A stretch of 64,000 bases of DNA from the human T2T-CHM13v2.0 reference genome, Homo sapiens: assembly GCF_009914755.1 (NCBI RefSeq), contig NC_060940.1; one strand, written 5' to 3'. Shown here piece by piece: positions 1 through 13,986 of this stretch. Made by a program: the position numbers and the translations under genes. Position 1 is the stretch's first letter. The number at the start of each line of letters is the position of its first letter. The notes beneath the pieces are model-generated. The model saw only the letters and a list, made by a program, of their open reading frames with translations. It did not search any database and was not told the origin of the DNA.

Positions 1-310
<310 letters not shown>

Positions 311-789
311 TAGTGATATATCACAGCGGCTTGAAATGGTAAGATGCAGGGTAATCATTTTTCTTCTGGTGTAGACCTCAGACCTCCAGACTTTGCTCAT
401 TATCTGCTGAGAGTGCCACACGGTGCCAGGTTTTTTTCTGAATAGCCCCTGGTGGCAGTCACTGAATGGCATGGAATTGCTGAAACTTTCATTCTTTGAC
501 CTTGAGGTTAGGAAGACTCAAAGGCAGATGGACATCTTTTGCACTAGAGTTGGTTGGGGGGTGGGGTGGATGGAACAGACTGCCGTTGACCCTTGGGGTT
601 GACCTCTTGGGAACAGGTGCCTGGAGACATCCCTGTAGGTGAATAAGCCCAGGCAGTAGGAAGGGCTTATTAACATGGACAAGACCAAATGTGGAGATCA
701 GAGACAGCAGGTGCAGTGGGGGAACTGGACATTGCCGGTAGTCTTGGGGTGCTCAGCGTTAGGTGGGCGGGGGAGGAGGCTGGGGAAAT

Positions 790-945
790 AGCAGGGGCCA
801 GGTCATGAAGAGTCTGTGCTAGGCAGTCTTAGACTTTAGCCTGAGGTCAGTGGGGAGCCTCTGAAGGGACTGGTGTAAGTGACCTGTGACTTAGATCTCT
901 TTGACAGCTTTGCAGGCAGAATTGAAGGATCAGAGACTGAGGAAG
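790..945 (-). mobile_element. L2 remnant
   Basis: Degenerate resemblance to antisense L2 (gactttagcctgaggtcagtggggagcctctgaaggg...). Confidence 0.5.
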
Positions 946-1214
946 AGATGTTGGCTGGTTCCTTTCAGTTCTGACATTCTGCCTTTTGCTCACCTGTGGG
1001 GATTTATGGTACTGCCTGGTCATCACATTCTGACTCAGTTTCCCTTTTTGCTCCTTGTTCTTCCCATTCCATCCCTACCTTTCTACCTGATTTTCCATCC
1101 AAGATCCGGACAACTCCCTTCCCCTTCTTGGATCCCGAACTCCTCATTTGGCCAAAATCAGGGTGCACTCTTTCCTTCAAGAATTGAATTCCATCAAGGG
1201 AAACTGCAAAGGCT

Positions 1215-1397
1215 GGTGCTGGACAAGGCTGGTGACAGCAGGGTCTCCTGGAGGGCTAGAGAAAACACAGATTTCTGGGCTCCACCCCCAGAATTTTGGA
1301 TTCAGTGGTCTGGGGGTGAGCCTGAGGATGGAAATTTCTAACAAGCCCTCAGGTGTTTTTGATGTTGCTGGTGCAGGACCACACACTGAGTAGCAGT
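1215..1397 (+). mobile_element. MER5A (hAT-Charlie MITE)
   Basis: tggagggctagagaaaacacagatttctgggctccacccc...gatgttgctggtgcaggaccacacactgagtagcagtg follows the MER5A consensus. Confidence 0.85.
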
Positions 1398-1899
1398 GAC
1401 CAGACTCTTGGTGTCTTCAGTTCCTCTTTGTCTTCACCGGTGGGTTTGGGAACCTGCAGAGGGGTGGCCAAATGTCCCTGGATGGCACAAGTGGAGACAT
1501 TTTCCCAAGGGAGCTTCAGAAATTAAATGTAGAGGTCGTGTCCTGTGTGTGAGCTGGGCTCCAGAAAGCCTGTGTACCACTCTTGGGGACAGACTTATCT
1601 CTGCTCTAACCTTACGTGGAGGGCCCACTTATTCATCCAAGAACAATACGGCGAACAAGAAATTCAATTTGGCAGGGGCACTGTCTGTTTCAGCATACTT
1701 TCTCTTAATTTAATCACCCATGCAAGAGCTTTCCAGACATTTGAATGTACGTTTTTAGAAATTTGGCTTATTTTCTCAGATATTTTCATTCTTGAACATC
1801 TGGTGGGGGATGGAGGGCAAGAGGTGGAGAGAGATGCAGTGAGATGGAGATTATTCAAATAGGGTTTGGAATGCAGATGGAAGGATTTTTGCAACATAA

Positions 1900-2028
1900 A
1901 GTTGTGGAGAAGACACATGTTCTGGAGCCAGGCCCAACCGGTTGGAATTCCAGCTCTGCTGCTCATTGCTGTGTGGCCCTGAGCAAGTCACCTGACCACC
2001 CTGACCCTCAGTTTCTCATCTGGAAAAT
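1900..2028 (+). mobile_element. MIR
   Basis: Core ...gtgtggccctgagcaagtcacct...cctcagtttctcatctggaaaat. Confidence 0.8.
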
Positions 2029-2059
2029 TTTGTTCTCTCATTCCATTGCTCATGGGTTC

Positions 2060-2310
2060 TTTCATTCCATCAACACTCTTGGTGAGTCTACTTGGACCAG
2101 GCACTGTTCTAGGCATTAGGGACAGACCATGAGTGAAATGAAAGGAGTCCCAGACCCAGCCTGGTGAAGGTGACAGTGATCAAGGAGTCATATGCCGGTG
2201 ACAACTGCTGTGAACCAGCAACCGGCACCAGAGGAGGAATTGATGGGCAGCCATGCCTGACCTGAATTTGGGGAGTTGTAAAGAAGGCCGCTGGGACGGA
2301 GGGACAGTCC
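2060..2310 (-). mobile_element. L2 3' end
   Basis: ttcattccatcaacac...ccaggcactgttctaggcattagggacag, antisense L2 tail. Confidence 0.6.
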
Positions 2311-2663
2311 AGCTTATCCTGGGTAGAGCCCATTCTTGGGAACAGCAAAATAAAATGGAAAATGTCACATAGCCTGGAGAAAAGTGGACTCTCTCTCCTC
2401 CTCTCCCAATGATGGTCTGATCCAATCCATACCCTCTGCAACTGCGTTTCTGTCTGCTGGGAAGAAAAGGGATGAAAAGGACTTTTTTGCAGTCAGGCAG
2501 ACCCGCGTCAACTGCGGAGTGATCTTGGGTAGATTGCATGACTTCTCTGTCTTGGTTTTCTTGTCGGGCAGGGAGACGGATGAGATGAATGCAGTAATTA
2601 TAATCATGGCTCACCTTTGGGCACTTGCTATGTGCCTGTCACTGATTTACATGCGTCACCTCA

Positions 2664-2986
<323 letters not shown>

Positions 2987-3022
2987 TTTGAAACAATCCC
3001 CATGAGATTGGCACTATTTTCT

Positions 3023-3250
3023 AGGGCTGAGACTGGAGCGAGGTAAGGGAAACATTTGCCCCAAGCCCCAAATCTAAAGAGGCACCCCAAAACTCAATAA
3101 TGAGGACAGTATTTCATTGTAATTTAAAAAAATCAAAGTTAATGCAAAAAAATTCATGTTGAACAGATTATCAACGTTTAAAATAAAGACACCATCCTTC
3201 CCTGTACTTGCAGGATCTGACCTCACTCATCTCACCTTAATCCTGGCCCA
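3023..3250 (+). mobile_element. MER96B-like hAT MITE
   Basis: Degenerate TIRs (agggctgagactggagcgagg ... cctcactcatctcaccttaatcctggccc) around an AT-rich core. Confidence 0.7.
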
Positions 3251-4379
3251 GCATCACCCCCGATTTGCAGAAATTGAGGCTTGGGAGGCTTCCTTTGCTC
3301 CACCTTGTACTTCAGGGCCTTCTAACTGCCTTCCTCCTACTCTGGATGTCGCTCTGAGGGCCTCTGTTCATCCATCCCTCACAGGAAGGACAAGAAAAGG
3401 GACAGTAAAGGGCAAGAAAACAGGAGCAGCTGGCCATTTCTGCTGTGACCTTCGTTACTGTTTAACATGCATTAAGAACCTGCAGTGTATTTTGAAATCG
3501 AAAAGTACCAGGAAGCGTCTTGTAAAGTTAGCTCTGTAGTCTTTTGGGGGTACCTGGCTGTACTTCAGAGAGAAATCAGACAAAGCAAAGACAAGACCAT
3601 TGTCCATGACCCTAGATGGGAAGAAAAGAGAGAACTGGATACCAGAAAAGAACACGTGGGTGCTTGAAAGAGATCGCCGGGCAGACGGAAGGAGTGGCAC
3701 ATCATGTTTTTTCCTTTTTTAAAAATGACTTTCACAAACTTTAGTTCATTGTCTGTTCATGACAAGATAGATATGATGGCTTCCATCTTACTACTGAGAA
3801 AACTAAAGCAGAGAGAAGATGTGGAATTAACTTACAGTAACATGGCTGGTTTCTCTTTGGGGGATGGAGAAGACCAGAGTACAGGGCCTCTGCTTTCATT
3901 CCTGCCCCGTTTCTGGTATTTCCATTTCATCTGCTACACAGACAATTAAACTCATTACACAGGACTTGTTTGTATTAAACTCACAAACACAGCACTAAAC
4001 TCATTACGTCTTTCAGTTGGAAGGAAGCAGTGGTTCTCTCACCCAAAATCTATGGGCCCCAAGCACACTCACTGTCCCCTTCCTATGCAAGTTATTCTTT
4101 GAGCCAGTGTTCTGGACTTGGTACTCAAAACCAGTTAAATTTCACTGTACTTCTGCCAAGGTCTTTTTGGACGTCCCTGTTGTCATTTGGTTCTGTAGTA
4201 CATCTGGATTATAAAATGGCCTCCAGTGAATCAGGTCTTCCTGCGTCCTTGTCCCTTAAAATGTGATGTTGCTGCTCCTCTCATCAATTGATGGAGTCTG
4301 TATCACTGACCTCTTGAGTCTGAGCTGGCCTTGGGGCTTGCTTTATCCCATAGCACATGGCAGAAAATGAGGCTGGATT

Positions 4380-5150
4380 AAAGAACTCAAGTGCCCATCA
4401 ACAGATGAATGGATAAACAAAATGGGCAGTATGCTTACCGTGGAATATTATCCAGCCATAAAAAGAAAGGGCATTCTGACACATGCTACAATATGGATGA
4501 ACCTCAAAGACATTATGTCAAGAGAAATAAGTAAGTCACAAAATGACACATACTGGATTATTCCATTTTTATGAGGTATCTAAGAGTCATCAAATCCATA
4601 GACGGAAATTACAGTGGTGGGTGTGAGGGGCTGGGGAAATGGGGCATGGGGAGCTAGTGTTTGATGGGAACAGGGGTTCGGTCTGGGAAGATGAACAAGT
4701 CTTGGATGTGGATGCTGGTGATGGTTGCACAACAATGTGAATGAAGTTAATGCCACTGAGCTGCACACTTAAAAATGGTTAAAATGGGCCAGGCATGGTG
4801 GTTCATGCCTGTAATGTCAGCGTTTTCAGAGGCCGAGGCAGAAAGATTGCTCGAGCCTAGGAGTTCAAGACCAGCCTGGGCAACATAGGGAGACCCTGTC
4901 TCTACAAAAAATAAACAAAATTAGCCTGTGTGGTGGCACACACCTGTAGTTCCAGTTACTCAGGAGGCTGAGGTGGGAGGATGGCTCAAGCCCGAGGAAG
5001 TTGAGGTTGCAGTGAGCTGTGATCATGCCATGGCACTCCAGCCTGAGCCACAAAGCGAGACCCTATCTCTAAAACAAAGAAACACACAAAAATGGTTAAC
5101 ATGGTAAATTTTATGTTCTACATATTTTACCACCATACAAGTAAATTTAT
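4380..5150 (+). mobile_element. L1MB 3' end, interrupted by AluJ
   Basis: caagtgcccatcaacagatgaatggataaac...aaaatggttaa[Alu]aatggtaaattttatgtt, L1MB-type 3' UTR. Confidence 0.85.
4787..5087 (+). mobile_element. AluJ
   Basis: Dimer with J-type gattgctcgagcctaggag; TSD aaaaatggttaaMatg at 4771-4786 and 5088-5103. Confidence 0.95.
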
Positions 5151-5620
5151 AGAAAAAAGTGAGGACGGGCGAGTTTGGAGTGTAGGTTTTGAGGCCTTGC
5201 AACTTCTGCCTGGGCCCTTGTGAAAGGCTGCCCTAAGACCAGCAGGTAAAGAAGCCCACCCAGACTTCTAGAGGCTGCGGGACCACATGGAAGGCCTGTG
5301 TGAGTGGGGCCATCTGGGACTTCCCAGCCCAGCTGATCCTCCAGCTGACTTCAGTGGCAGGACTGAGTCCAGGCAGAAGCCACAGGAGAATTGCCCAGCC
5401 AACCCACAGAACTGGGAGAAATCATGAACTATTGTTGTTTTCAGCCAGTCAAGATGGCTTTCCTTCCAGTTACCCAGACACTCCTCTTCTCCAGTTCTCT
5501 CCTGTTGCGTTCATGGATTTCAGGAGGATGTATATTATGTTATTCCAACCAATTCCTTCTATTTGATATTTTTTTCTTCTAAACACAAAACAGTATCTTC
5601 CCTTTCATTGTCAGATCTCA

Positions 5621-6025
<405 letters not shown>

Positions 6026-6309
6026 CTAATATCACCCAAAAGGCTTACAGGTGTCACATGAATATCTCTTTATGAGCTATGGACTCTCTCCTCCATGAAC
6101 TCTCCCCAGCTCCTCCATTAACTAAAGGTGCTTTTTTTCCTATTGCCCCAGAAGGGCCCAACCTCCCAGTAAATCCATTGTCTACATTTCTCCTAGACTG
6201 AGCAGCAACTAACTTATCAGAGGCTTTTTTCTTTCTTTCTTTTATTTTTCTGATCAAACTTACAGCAAATGAGGTTTTTCCTTAACCAATTAAGTTAGGG
6301 CTCAGGTCA

Positions 6310-7310
6310 GTGAAACATGGAATCTCACACACTGATGATGGGGAGAGGAAGTGGTGCACTCTTTCTAGAGAAAATCTGGCAATATTGACCAAAATATTAC
6401 AAATATTTATATCTCATGACCCCTACATTTCACTTTTTAGGGATTGCCCTAAGTAAGTAATTGTGAATAGGAGCAGCTACACAGATGCACCTCGCAACAT
6501 TAATTATATTAGTGAAAAATTCAGAACAACCTAAATGTCCAACAAGAGGGGATTGGAAAGTATTTTAAAGTACAGCCAAAGACAGGAATACTATGCAGAT
6601 GTTAAAATTATGTTATAGAAGACTCTGACATAAAAAGACGCTCATAATCTGTTGTGAACTAATATATCAATGTATTAGTCCGTTCTCACATGGCTATGAA
6701 GAAATATACCTGAGACTGGGTAACTCATAAACAGAAGAGGTTTAATTGACTCAAAGTTCTGCATGGCTGGGGAGGCCTCAGAAACTTACAATCATGGCAG
6801 AAGGTACTGCTTCACAGGGCAGCAGGAGAGAGAATGAGTGCAAGAAGGGGAAATGCCAGACACTTATAAACCCATCAGATCTCGGGAGACTCATTCATTC
6901 TCACGAGAACAGCATGGGGGAAACTGCCCCCATCATCCAATCACTTCCCACTGGGTCCCTCCCTTGACACGTGAGGACTGTGGGGATTATTGGGATTACA
7001 ATTCAAGATGAGATTTTGGGTGGGGACACAGCGAAACCATATCATCAATCAATAAAATAATTGAGTATGCTTTCACTTTTATAAAAACATATACAAAACA
7101 TGTTATACATATGATAGTTATATGTACAAACAATGCAGAGGGGTTTATGCCAAAACAGTATGAAGAGAACCATTAAGAATGGTTACCTCTGTGGGGTGAA
7201 ATCAAGGTTGATTTTAATTTTCTCTTTTTTTTTCAGCTCGTCCATTGTTCCCAAATATTCTACACTCAACTGTTATTACTTTTGTATCTAGACGAAAACA
7301 CAATAAAGGA
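6310..7310 (+). mobile_element. Old L1M (L1ME/MC-like) 3' region interrupted by a THE1 LTR
   Basis: aacaacctaaatgtccaacaagaggggattgg...ggaatactatgcag; resumes after 7050 with atggttacctctgtgggg. Confidence 0.65.
6671..7044 (-). mobile_element. THE1D/MSTA-type solo LTR (MaLR)
   Basis: tgtattagtccgttctcac...ggggacacagcgaaaccatatca; atcaa/tcaat 5-bp duplication at the ends. Confidence 0.92.
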
Positions 7311-7330
7311 GGTGGTGGCACATCCAGTTA

Positions 7331-7792
<462 letters not shown>

Positions 7793-9293
7793 TCACAGGA
7801 GAGAAGTTTTCAACATGTATAATTTGGAAGCAGTAAGACCAGGCATCTGAGTCTCTGCTGTGGGGCAAAAGAGTGAACTAAAGACCTGGTCAGAATCACT
7901 GAGGGACTTTCATTCACTCAGATTCCTGGATATCCTTGTTTAGAGAGTATGGCTCATGAATTCTAAATGTAGTCTCTACCTGGGTGGCCCAAGGCAACTG
8001 GATTAACACTGTGGCTCGTGGAAGCAAATCTGCTGGATTGGAATCCTGCATTTGCCTGCCAGCAGCTTTGGACCCTGGACAAGAAAGGAGACCCCAGTCT
8101 TTTGTTTACAGGGAGCCAGGCTCAGTCACCCTGCTTGCACTGGTCCTTCCATCAGTAGAGCGTCCTGGGCAGCTACGGTTGATGAATATTTGAGGAGAAA
8201 GCACTGGAAGTAATTTAAAAATATCCAGGATCAAAGATTGCTTTCTGGATGAGTTAATGCTTCACTCCTTCCTGCTCTTACTGGAGCCTACTGGAGTTGG
8301 CTGTCTGAGATTTCCAGGGTGAAGATGGACAGTGCCCTTGGAACACACCCATTCAGCCTGAGCTCTGTTCTTTAGTCTGTGTCAGATGCTGAAACCTCAA
8401 ATGGCTTCCCCAGGCGGGGAGGCACTAAGAAATAGCCTATCCACATGGAGAGGCCAGAAGGAAAGACAAATGTTTCCTTCTCAACCACCCAGCCTCCTGT
8501 TCTTGATGTTTCCCTAACATAGGCTAACATATGCTTTCCTCAAGAACTTCAAAAACATGCTTTTAGCGGCAATGAAAATAGGACCATGCGTCCAATTCAA
8601 CTGTAAGCTCCATCGTTTCCCTCTAATACCATTACCTCATGTACAGAGGAAAATGTAAATCTGAAATATGCTGGTGATTATAACCTTTCTTCCTGACAGA
8701 CATTGTAATATAAATGCACATAAATTGAATTTCTTCTTTAAAGAAATTTGAATACCTTTGGAGCATTTTAGCGAATCATCTGCAGCCCTTATGGCACCAC
8801 ATCAATGCTCTGTGGAAAAGTGATCTCTCTGTAGCATGACTTCTGCAATAGAAGGACGGAGTGGGGCTGGGACATGCCAAGAAAAATAGAACGCACTTTA
8901 TTGATATTCAGAATTTATTTTATTAACCTTGCACAAAAGACAGAGACGTGGGGAGCTGGTGCTATCAGGGAAGGAGCTTCACGTATTAACTCCCTACGTC
9001 CTGCTCATGTCATCCATTTGCCAGAATGGGGGAAAAGGAAGAAAGAAGGGTGATTGTAGATTTGTAGTTTTGCTTCGTTTTGACTTTGCTTGCTGAGGCT
9101 GCATGTGGAGGCCTTGTGTTAACTATCGAATCAGAAATGGGAATAGCACTGAGTGTTACTGGGAGGCTGCAATGCATCAGATAAGAGTGCTTGGGCCCAG
9201 ATGTCCCTTGAGGGCCAGGGAAAGAATGTTGGAGCAATCTTGTGCTCATCAGCTTGCATTTGGATGAACATGAGAATGTGGGAGCTAAGACGT

Positions 9294-10112
9294 TGTATTA
9301 GTTAGAGTTCTTCAGGGAGACAGAATTAATAGTATATAAATATATATAGTATATACATATATACTGTATATATATAATGGTGTATATATTGTGTCTATGT
9401 ACACAGTATATATATAATAGTGTATATGTACACACTATATAATAGTGTATATTTAGTGTATAGGTATACTGTATATATGTAATAGTGTATATATGTATAC
9501 ACTATTAGTATATATGCTATTGGTATACATATAGAGTATTGTATATATGTATATTATATATACATATACAGTACACATATAGTATATAGTATATACATAT
9601 ATTATGTAATATGTGTATATATAACATACACATATATTATATTATATATTATATACATATATTATATAATATACGTATATACTATATATGTATATATAAT
9701 ATACGTATATACAATATATACTATATATGTATACTAATAGTATAGATAGTATATGTATATAGTATGCATATACTATATACATACAGTATATATACTATAT
9801 ACTCTATATACACTATACTATATACTATATATAGTATATATATACTATATATACTATATACAGTATATGCATATACTATATACATATAGTATACAGGTAT
9901 ATACTATATATGTATACTGTATATGTATACTACTAGTATATATACTTAATTATTAGTATATATACTAGTAGTATACATATATGTATATATTATGTATGCT
10001 ATATATGTATGCTAATAGTATATATACTAATAGTGTATTTGTGTGTATTATGTACATAGTATATAATATGTAGTATAGAATATATATGTATTGACACACA
10101 TATGCTCTTCAT

Positions 10113-10143
<31 letters not shown>

Positions 10144-10587
10144 TTAATTATCATAAGATATTGGCTTCTGCAATCATGGAAGCTGAAAAGTCCCATAATC
10201 TGCTAGTACAAGTGGGAGACCTAGGAAAGCTGATGTCTAGTTCAAAGGCCTGAGAACCAGGGGAACCAATGATGTTGATGCCAGTCCAGGAGTCTGAAGG
10301 CTTGAGAACCAGGAACACTGAAAGTAGAAGAAGCAGATGTCTCAGCTCAAGCTGTCAAGCAGAGAGTGAATTCAACCTTCCCCCACTGTTGTGTTCTATG
10401 TAGGCCTTCGGTGAATTGGAGGATGCCGACCCACATTGGAGAGGGCAATCTGCCTTACTCAGTCCACCAATTCAAATACTAATCTCTTTCAGCAACACCC
10501 TTGCAGATATACTTAGAAATGCTGTTTAGCCAGCTATCTGGGCACCCCATGGCCCAGTCAAGTTGACACATAAAACTGACCATCACG
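9294..10587 (-). mobile_element. MLT2B-type ERVL solo LTR with an expanded internal TA tract
   Basis: tgtattagttagagttcttcagggagacagaa...caagttgacacataaaactgaccatcac; TSD gacgt (9289-9293) / gacat (10588-10592). Confidence 0.9.
9330..10146. repeat. Degenerate (TA)n-rich low-complexity tract, ~0.8 kb
   Basis: Almost entirely TA/TATAC/TATAG variants; perfect (TA)12 at 10119-10142. Confidence 0.97.
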
Positions 10588-10692
10588 GACATCTTCTGCA
10601 TCTCAGAGGCTGAGTGCAGGGCTCCTTGGGGATTGATTGGTGATTGTCATGGCTAAGCTGATAGAGTTAAAAATCAAAATAAAAAGAGCATC

Positions 10693-10788
10693 CTAACTCT
10701 TAAAGCCCTGACTTGACCACCACACAACCTATGCATGTAACAAAATTGCATGTGTACCCCATAAATTCATACAAATAAATAAATTTTT
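10693..10788 (+). mobile_element. L1MA extreme 3' tail (~95 bp)
   Basis: aaagccctgacttgaccacc...gcatgtaacaaaattgcatgtgtacccc; TSD aaaagagcatc at 10682-10692 and 10789-10799. Confidence 0.85.
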
Positions 10789-11068
10789 AAAAGAGCATCT
10801 GGACCTCAAACTTCCAAGCTTCTACAACCACTGGTCAAGCCCTGGTCCTGTGCCTGGGTTCCTCGCTCACTTCTGGGTGGGCATCTTTGCCAGTGGCGAG
10901 TGCACCACGAGTGCACCAGTCCTAGTGCTTCTTTGGTTCTGTGCCCAGTGGGCATCCAAGGACTCTATTGCTGTGGTTTGGTGGCTTAACCTTGGCCTGG
11001 AGTTACCCACTGTCTAGTAATCTCTGGGGTGTTAGGAAAGAATCTGGCAAATTTCAGCCAGTGGTGAC

Positions 11069-11370
11069 TTTTTTTTTTTTTTTTTTTTTTTTTTTGAGAC
11101 AGAGTCTTGCTCTGTCGCCCAGGCTGGAGTGAGGTGGTGCAATTTTGACTCACTGCAGCCTGGACCTCAAGCAATCCTCCCACCTCAGCCTCCAAAGTAG
11201 ATGGGACCACAGGTGCATGCCTCCATGCCCAGCTAATTTTGTTCATCTTTTGTAAAGATGAGATCTCACTATGTTGCTCAGGTTGGTCTCAAACTCCCAG
11301 ACCCAACAGATCCTTCTGCCTAGGCCTCCCAAAGTGCTGGGGTTATAGGCGTGTGCCACAATGCTTGGCC
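11069..11370 (-). mobile_element. AluJ
   Basis: Long T tract followed by an antisense Alu dimer. Confidence 0.95.
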
Positions 11371-11925
11371 AGAAAGTTTAAGCTTGGGTGTCCCTCATCT
11401 ACAAATGTTGGGAGAACCAGAGAACTACAGAACCCTGCTGTCCTCCAGAAGCAAATGTGGTCCATGCTCCCTTTGGCCACCTGTCCTGAGTGTGCCACCA
11501 CATAGATAGTGGGTGTATCCACTTCCACCATCACCTCCTGACTATAATAAATAATTTATTATAAACAAATACATATATTTATATAAAAATTATGATATAA
11601 TTTATATTATAATGTATAATATAAAAACACAGAAAGCACTTATAATAGTGCAAAGCACATGTATGAGCTCACTAAATGTTAGCTGTCTGATGTGTATTCC
11701 TACCTGTCCCTTTCTTGCTTGATAGAGAAATAATCCCTAGAGGGGCTAATTTTTCTGGGGGTTTTCTGGACTCACGGTGAAGAGAGAGGACACAGTTGAC
11801 ACCCCTGTACTCCTAGCTGCTCCCATTTTTCTCACCTGCACTTAACACCAACACCTAACATGGCAGCACTCTGCACTTGTCTAAGGTTTGGTCATCTTGC
11901 CACAAATGCACGCATTCATCCAGCC

Positions 11926-12085
11926 AGGGCTGAGATCAGGGTAGACAAACAAGACCAAATTTAAATAGGCACCAAAAATCCTCAGTCATCAGACTAAATA
12001 AAATTTTAATGCAATCTTTCAAAATATCAAAATTAATACTAAAAATCCACACCGATAAAAATATCAACATTTTAGAAAAGACAGC
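11926..12085 (+). mobile_element. MER96B-like fragment
   Basis: cagggctgagatcagggt...aaatttaaataggcaccaaaaa...aaaatatcaacattttag; same family as 3023-3250. Confidence 0.65.
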
Positions 12086-12654
12086 ACCCAATATGGTGGG
12101 GATTGGTGAGGAGGAGAGTGGGTGAGTGCAGAGTGGGGAAGCAGTAGTCAGCCACGTGGGCTGGGGGAAGGGCATCTGCTGCTGGGGGAAGGGCGGCCTC
12201 CTCCCATTTCCTCTTGAGCCAATCATTATTGCTATGCCTTGTTTTCCATCTGTTACATTCAGTTGGAGCTTTATGTTATTTTATTTTTCATGAATTTTGA
12301 TGATTTATTTTTGTTTGAAAAACAACGACGACAAATCTAATGAAAAACAACAACAACAAATCTAAACCATCTGATGTGCTGGGTGAGCAGAACAGCCACA
12401 GACCCTGGTCTCCCCCTCAGACAGTACTGGTTGCGATCACATAATTACTTGTTAGACTGATCTGTACTGATTTACAGGGGGTCAATCTTTCTGCTGGTCT
12501 CAGTTCCGCAGGGTCCCATGCCAGGAGCTTGTCAAAGAAGCTCATTTTACTAGAATACAGAAGACAAAGATGGAGAGCAAGCACACTTGCAGATGTGGAG
12601 GCCAAAGAACATTCCACTTCCTATACCTGTAATTATTCAAAAGCCACAGAGCCA

Positions 12655-12968
12655 GCTGGGTGTGGTGGCGCACCCCTGTAATCCCAGCACTTTGGGAGGC
12701 CCAGGTGGGTGGATTGCTTGAGCCCAGGAGTTCCAGAACAGCCTGGGCAACTGGAGGAACCCCATCTCTAATACCAAAAAAAAAAAAAAAAAAAAATTAG
12801 CTAGGTGTGGGGCATGTGCCTGCCATTTCAGCTACCCCAGAGGCTGAGATGGGAGGATCACTTGAGCCCGGGGAGGTCAAGGCTGCAGTGAACCCATGAT
12901 TGTGCCACTGCACTCCAACCTGGGTGACAGAGGGAGACTCTGTTTCTAAAAAATAAATAAATAAAAAT
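12655..12968 (+). mobile_element. AluJ with a long central A-tract
   Basis: Dimer; TSD aaaagccacaKagYca at 12639-12654 and 12969-12984. Confidence 0.95.
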
Positions 12969-13244
12969 AAAAGCCACATAGTCACAAGCGAGGATGGGGG
13001 ATCTTCTGAACAAGTCCAGACTCTTTCCCAGGTCACCCAAGTTTCCACCGAACTCTCCTTTCCTCTGGAACACATAAAAAGATTTTAAATTTTAAAATTG
13101 CAGCTTCCCAGAGCTGTTCATTTGCAGACCCTGGGGAGAGTTAACCAAGAGGGATTTGCAAAGCTCTTAACTTTAGAAGGTCAGGAAGGCTCCTGTGGGG
13201 ACTGGTGAGAGACAGCTGGTCCCAAGGGGGCATGGCAACTTGGA

Positions 13245-13460
13245 GGCTGAAAATGTGGACTCTGAAGTCAGAAAGCTTCCATGGTAATCCAGGCTCCAAG
13301 CCTTCCTAGCCATGTGGCCCTGGACTAGTGAGTTAACTTGGCCAAGGCTCAGTTTTCTCATCTGTAAGATGGAACTTTTTCACTGGGCTAGTGTTTGATG
13401 GAAAGAATTGACATGTGTAAAGCAGTAAGAAGAGTGTATAGCACATGCTTAACAAAAGCT
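13245..13460 (+). mobile_element. MIR
   Basis: ggactctgaagtcag...ctcagttttctcatctgtaagatgg. Confidence 0.75.
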
Positions 13461-13741
13461 GATTGATACAGAAAGGTCACAGTGCTGCAGGAAGAATCAC
13501 GTTTCTCTCCCCACTTCTACCATTCTCAAGAGTGAGCTCTGGGAGACAGGGGCATGTTTATTCTCTTCTGCATCCAGCACAGTGACTTATATCTGTTGGG
13601 CATCAAGAAACAAAGTTAATAATGAAAAGTTGGGATTGGGAGCTGGGAAGTCTGACTTCTAGTCTCAGCTCTGTGGCTTTGGGCAAGTCTCTTCCTCTCT
13701 CTGGGACTCAGGGACCTGGGAGATGAAGCCTGGGTTGGAAT

Positions 13742-13986
13742 TAGCGTTTCTTGAAGTTTGCCCTGGGACTCTAGGAATGCAATCATGTTTTATGTTTCAG
13801 GGCAAAGGAAGAGAGAAGAAGGGTTCTGTGGTCAAATAGGTTTAGACAAGGTTAGGATAAACAGCCAAACCAAGTCTCTTTGCAGAGCTTCTCAGAGCCC
13901 TTACACATCCAGCATTTCTGAGATCCTTGAATTTGGAGCCCATCTTTGGCAGAGCATCTTGTGGAACTTACTTTGGGAAATGCTGG
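13742..13986 (+). mobile_element. MER103-type hAT-Charlie element
   Basis: gggttctgtggtcaaataggttt...gcagagcttctcagagccctt...tttgggaaatgctg. Confidence 0.7.

Larger units (their letters stand above)
4240..5447 (+). mobile_element. MLT1F/G/H-type MaLR LTR split by L1MB and Alu
   Basis: 5' part 4240-4372 (gctcctctcatcaattgatggagtct...) and 3' part 5160-5447 (cccagccaacccacagaact...ttgttgttttcagcca). Confidence 0.7.

Noticed and set aside
443-460. CTCF-like motif (also 24328-24345)
   Set aside because: Both have mismatches at core positions and cannot be supported without ChIP data
3946-4008. taaactca repeated three times with spacers (CRISPR-like look)
   Set aside because: The repeats are too short and irregular, the context is eukaryotic and there are no cas genes
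11543-11563. Perfect 10-bp-arm AT hairpin
   Set aside because: Expected in low-complexity AT-rich sequence
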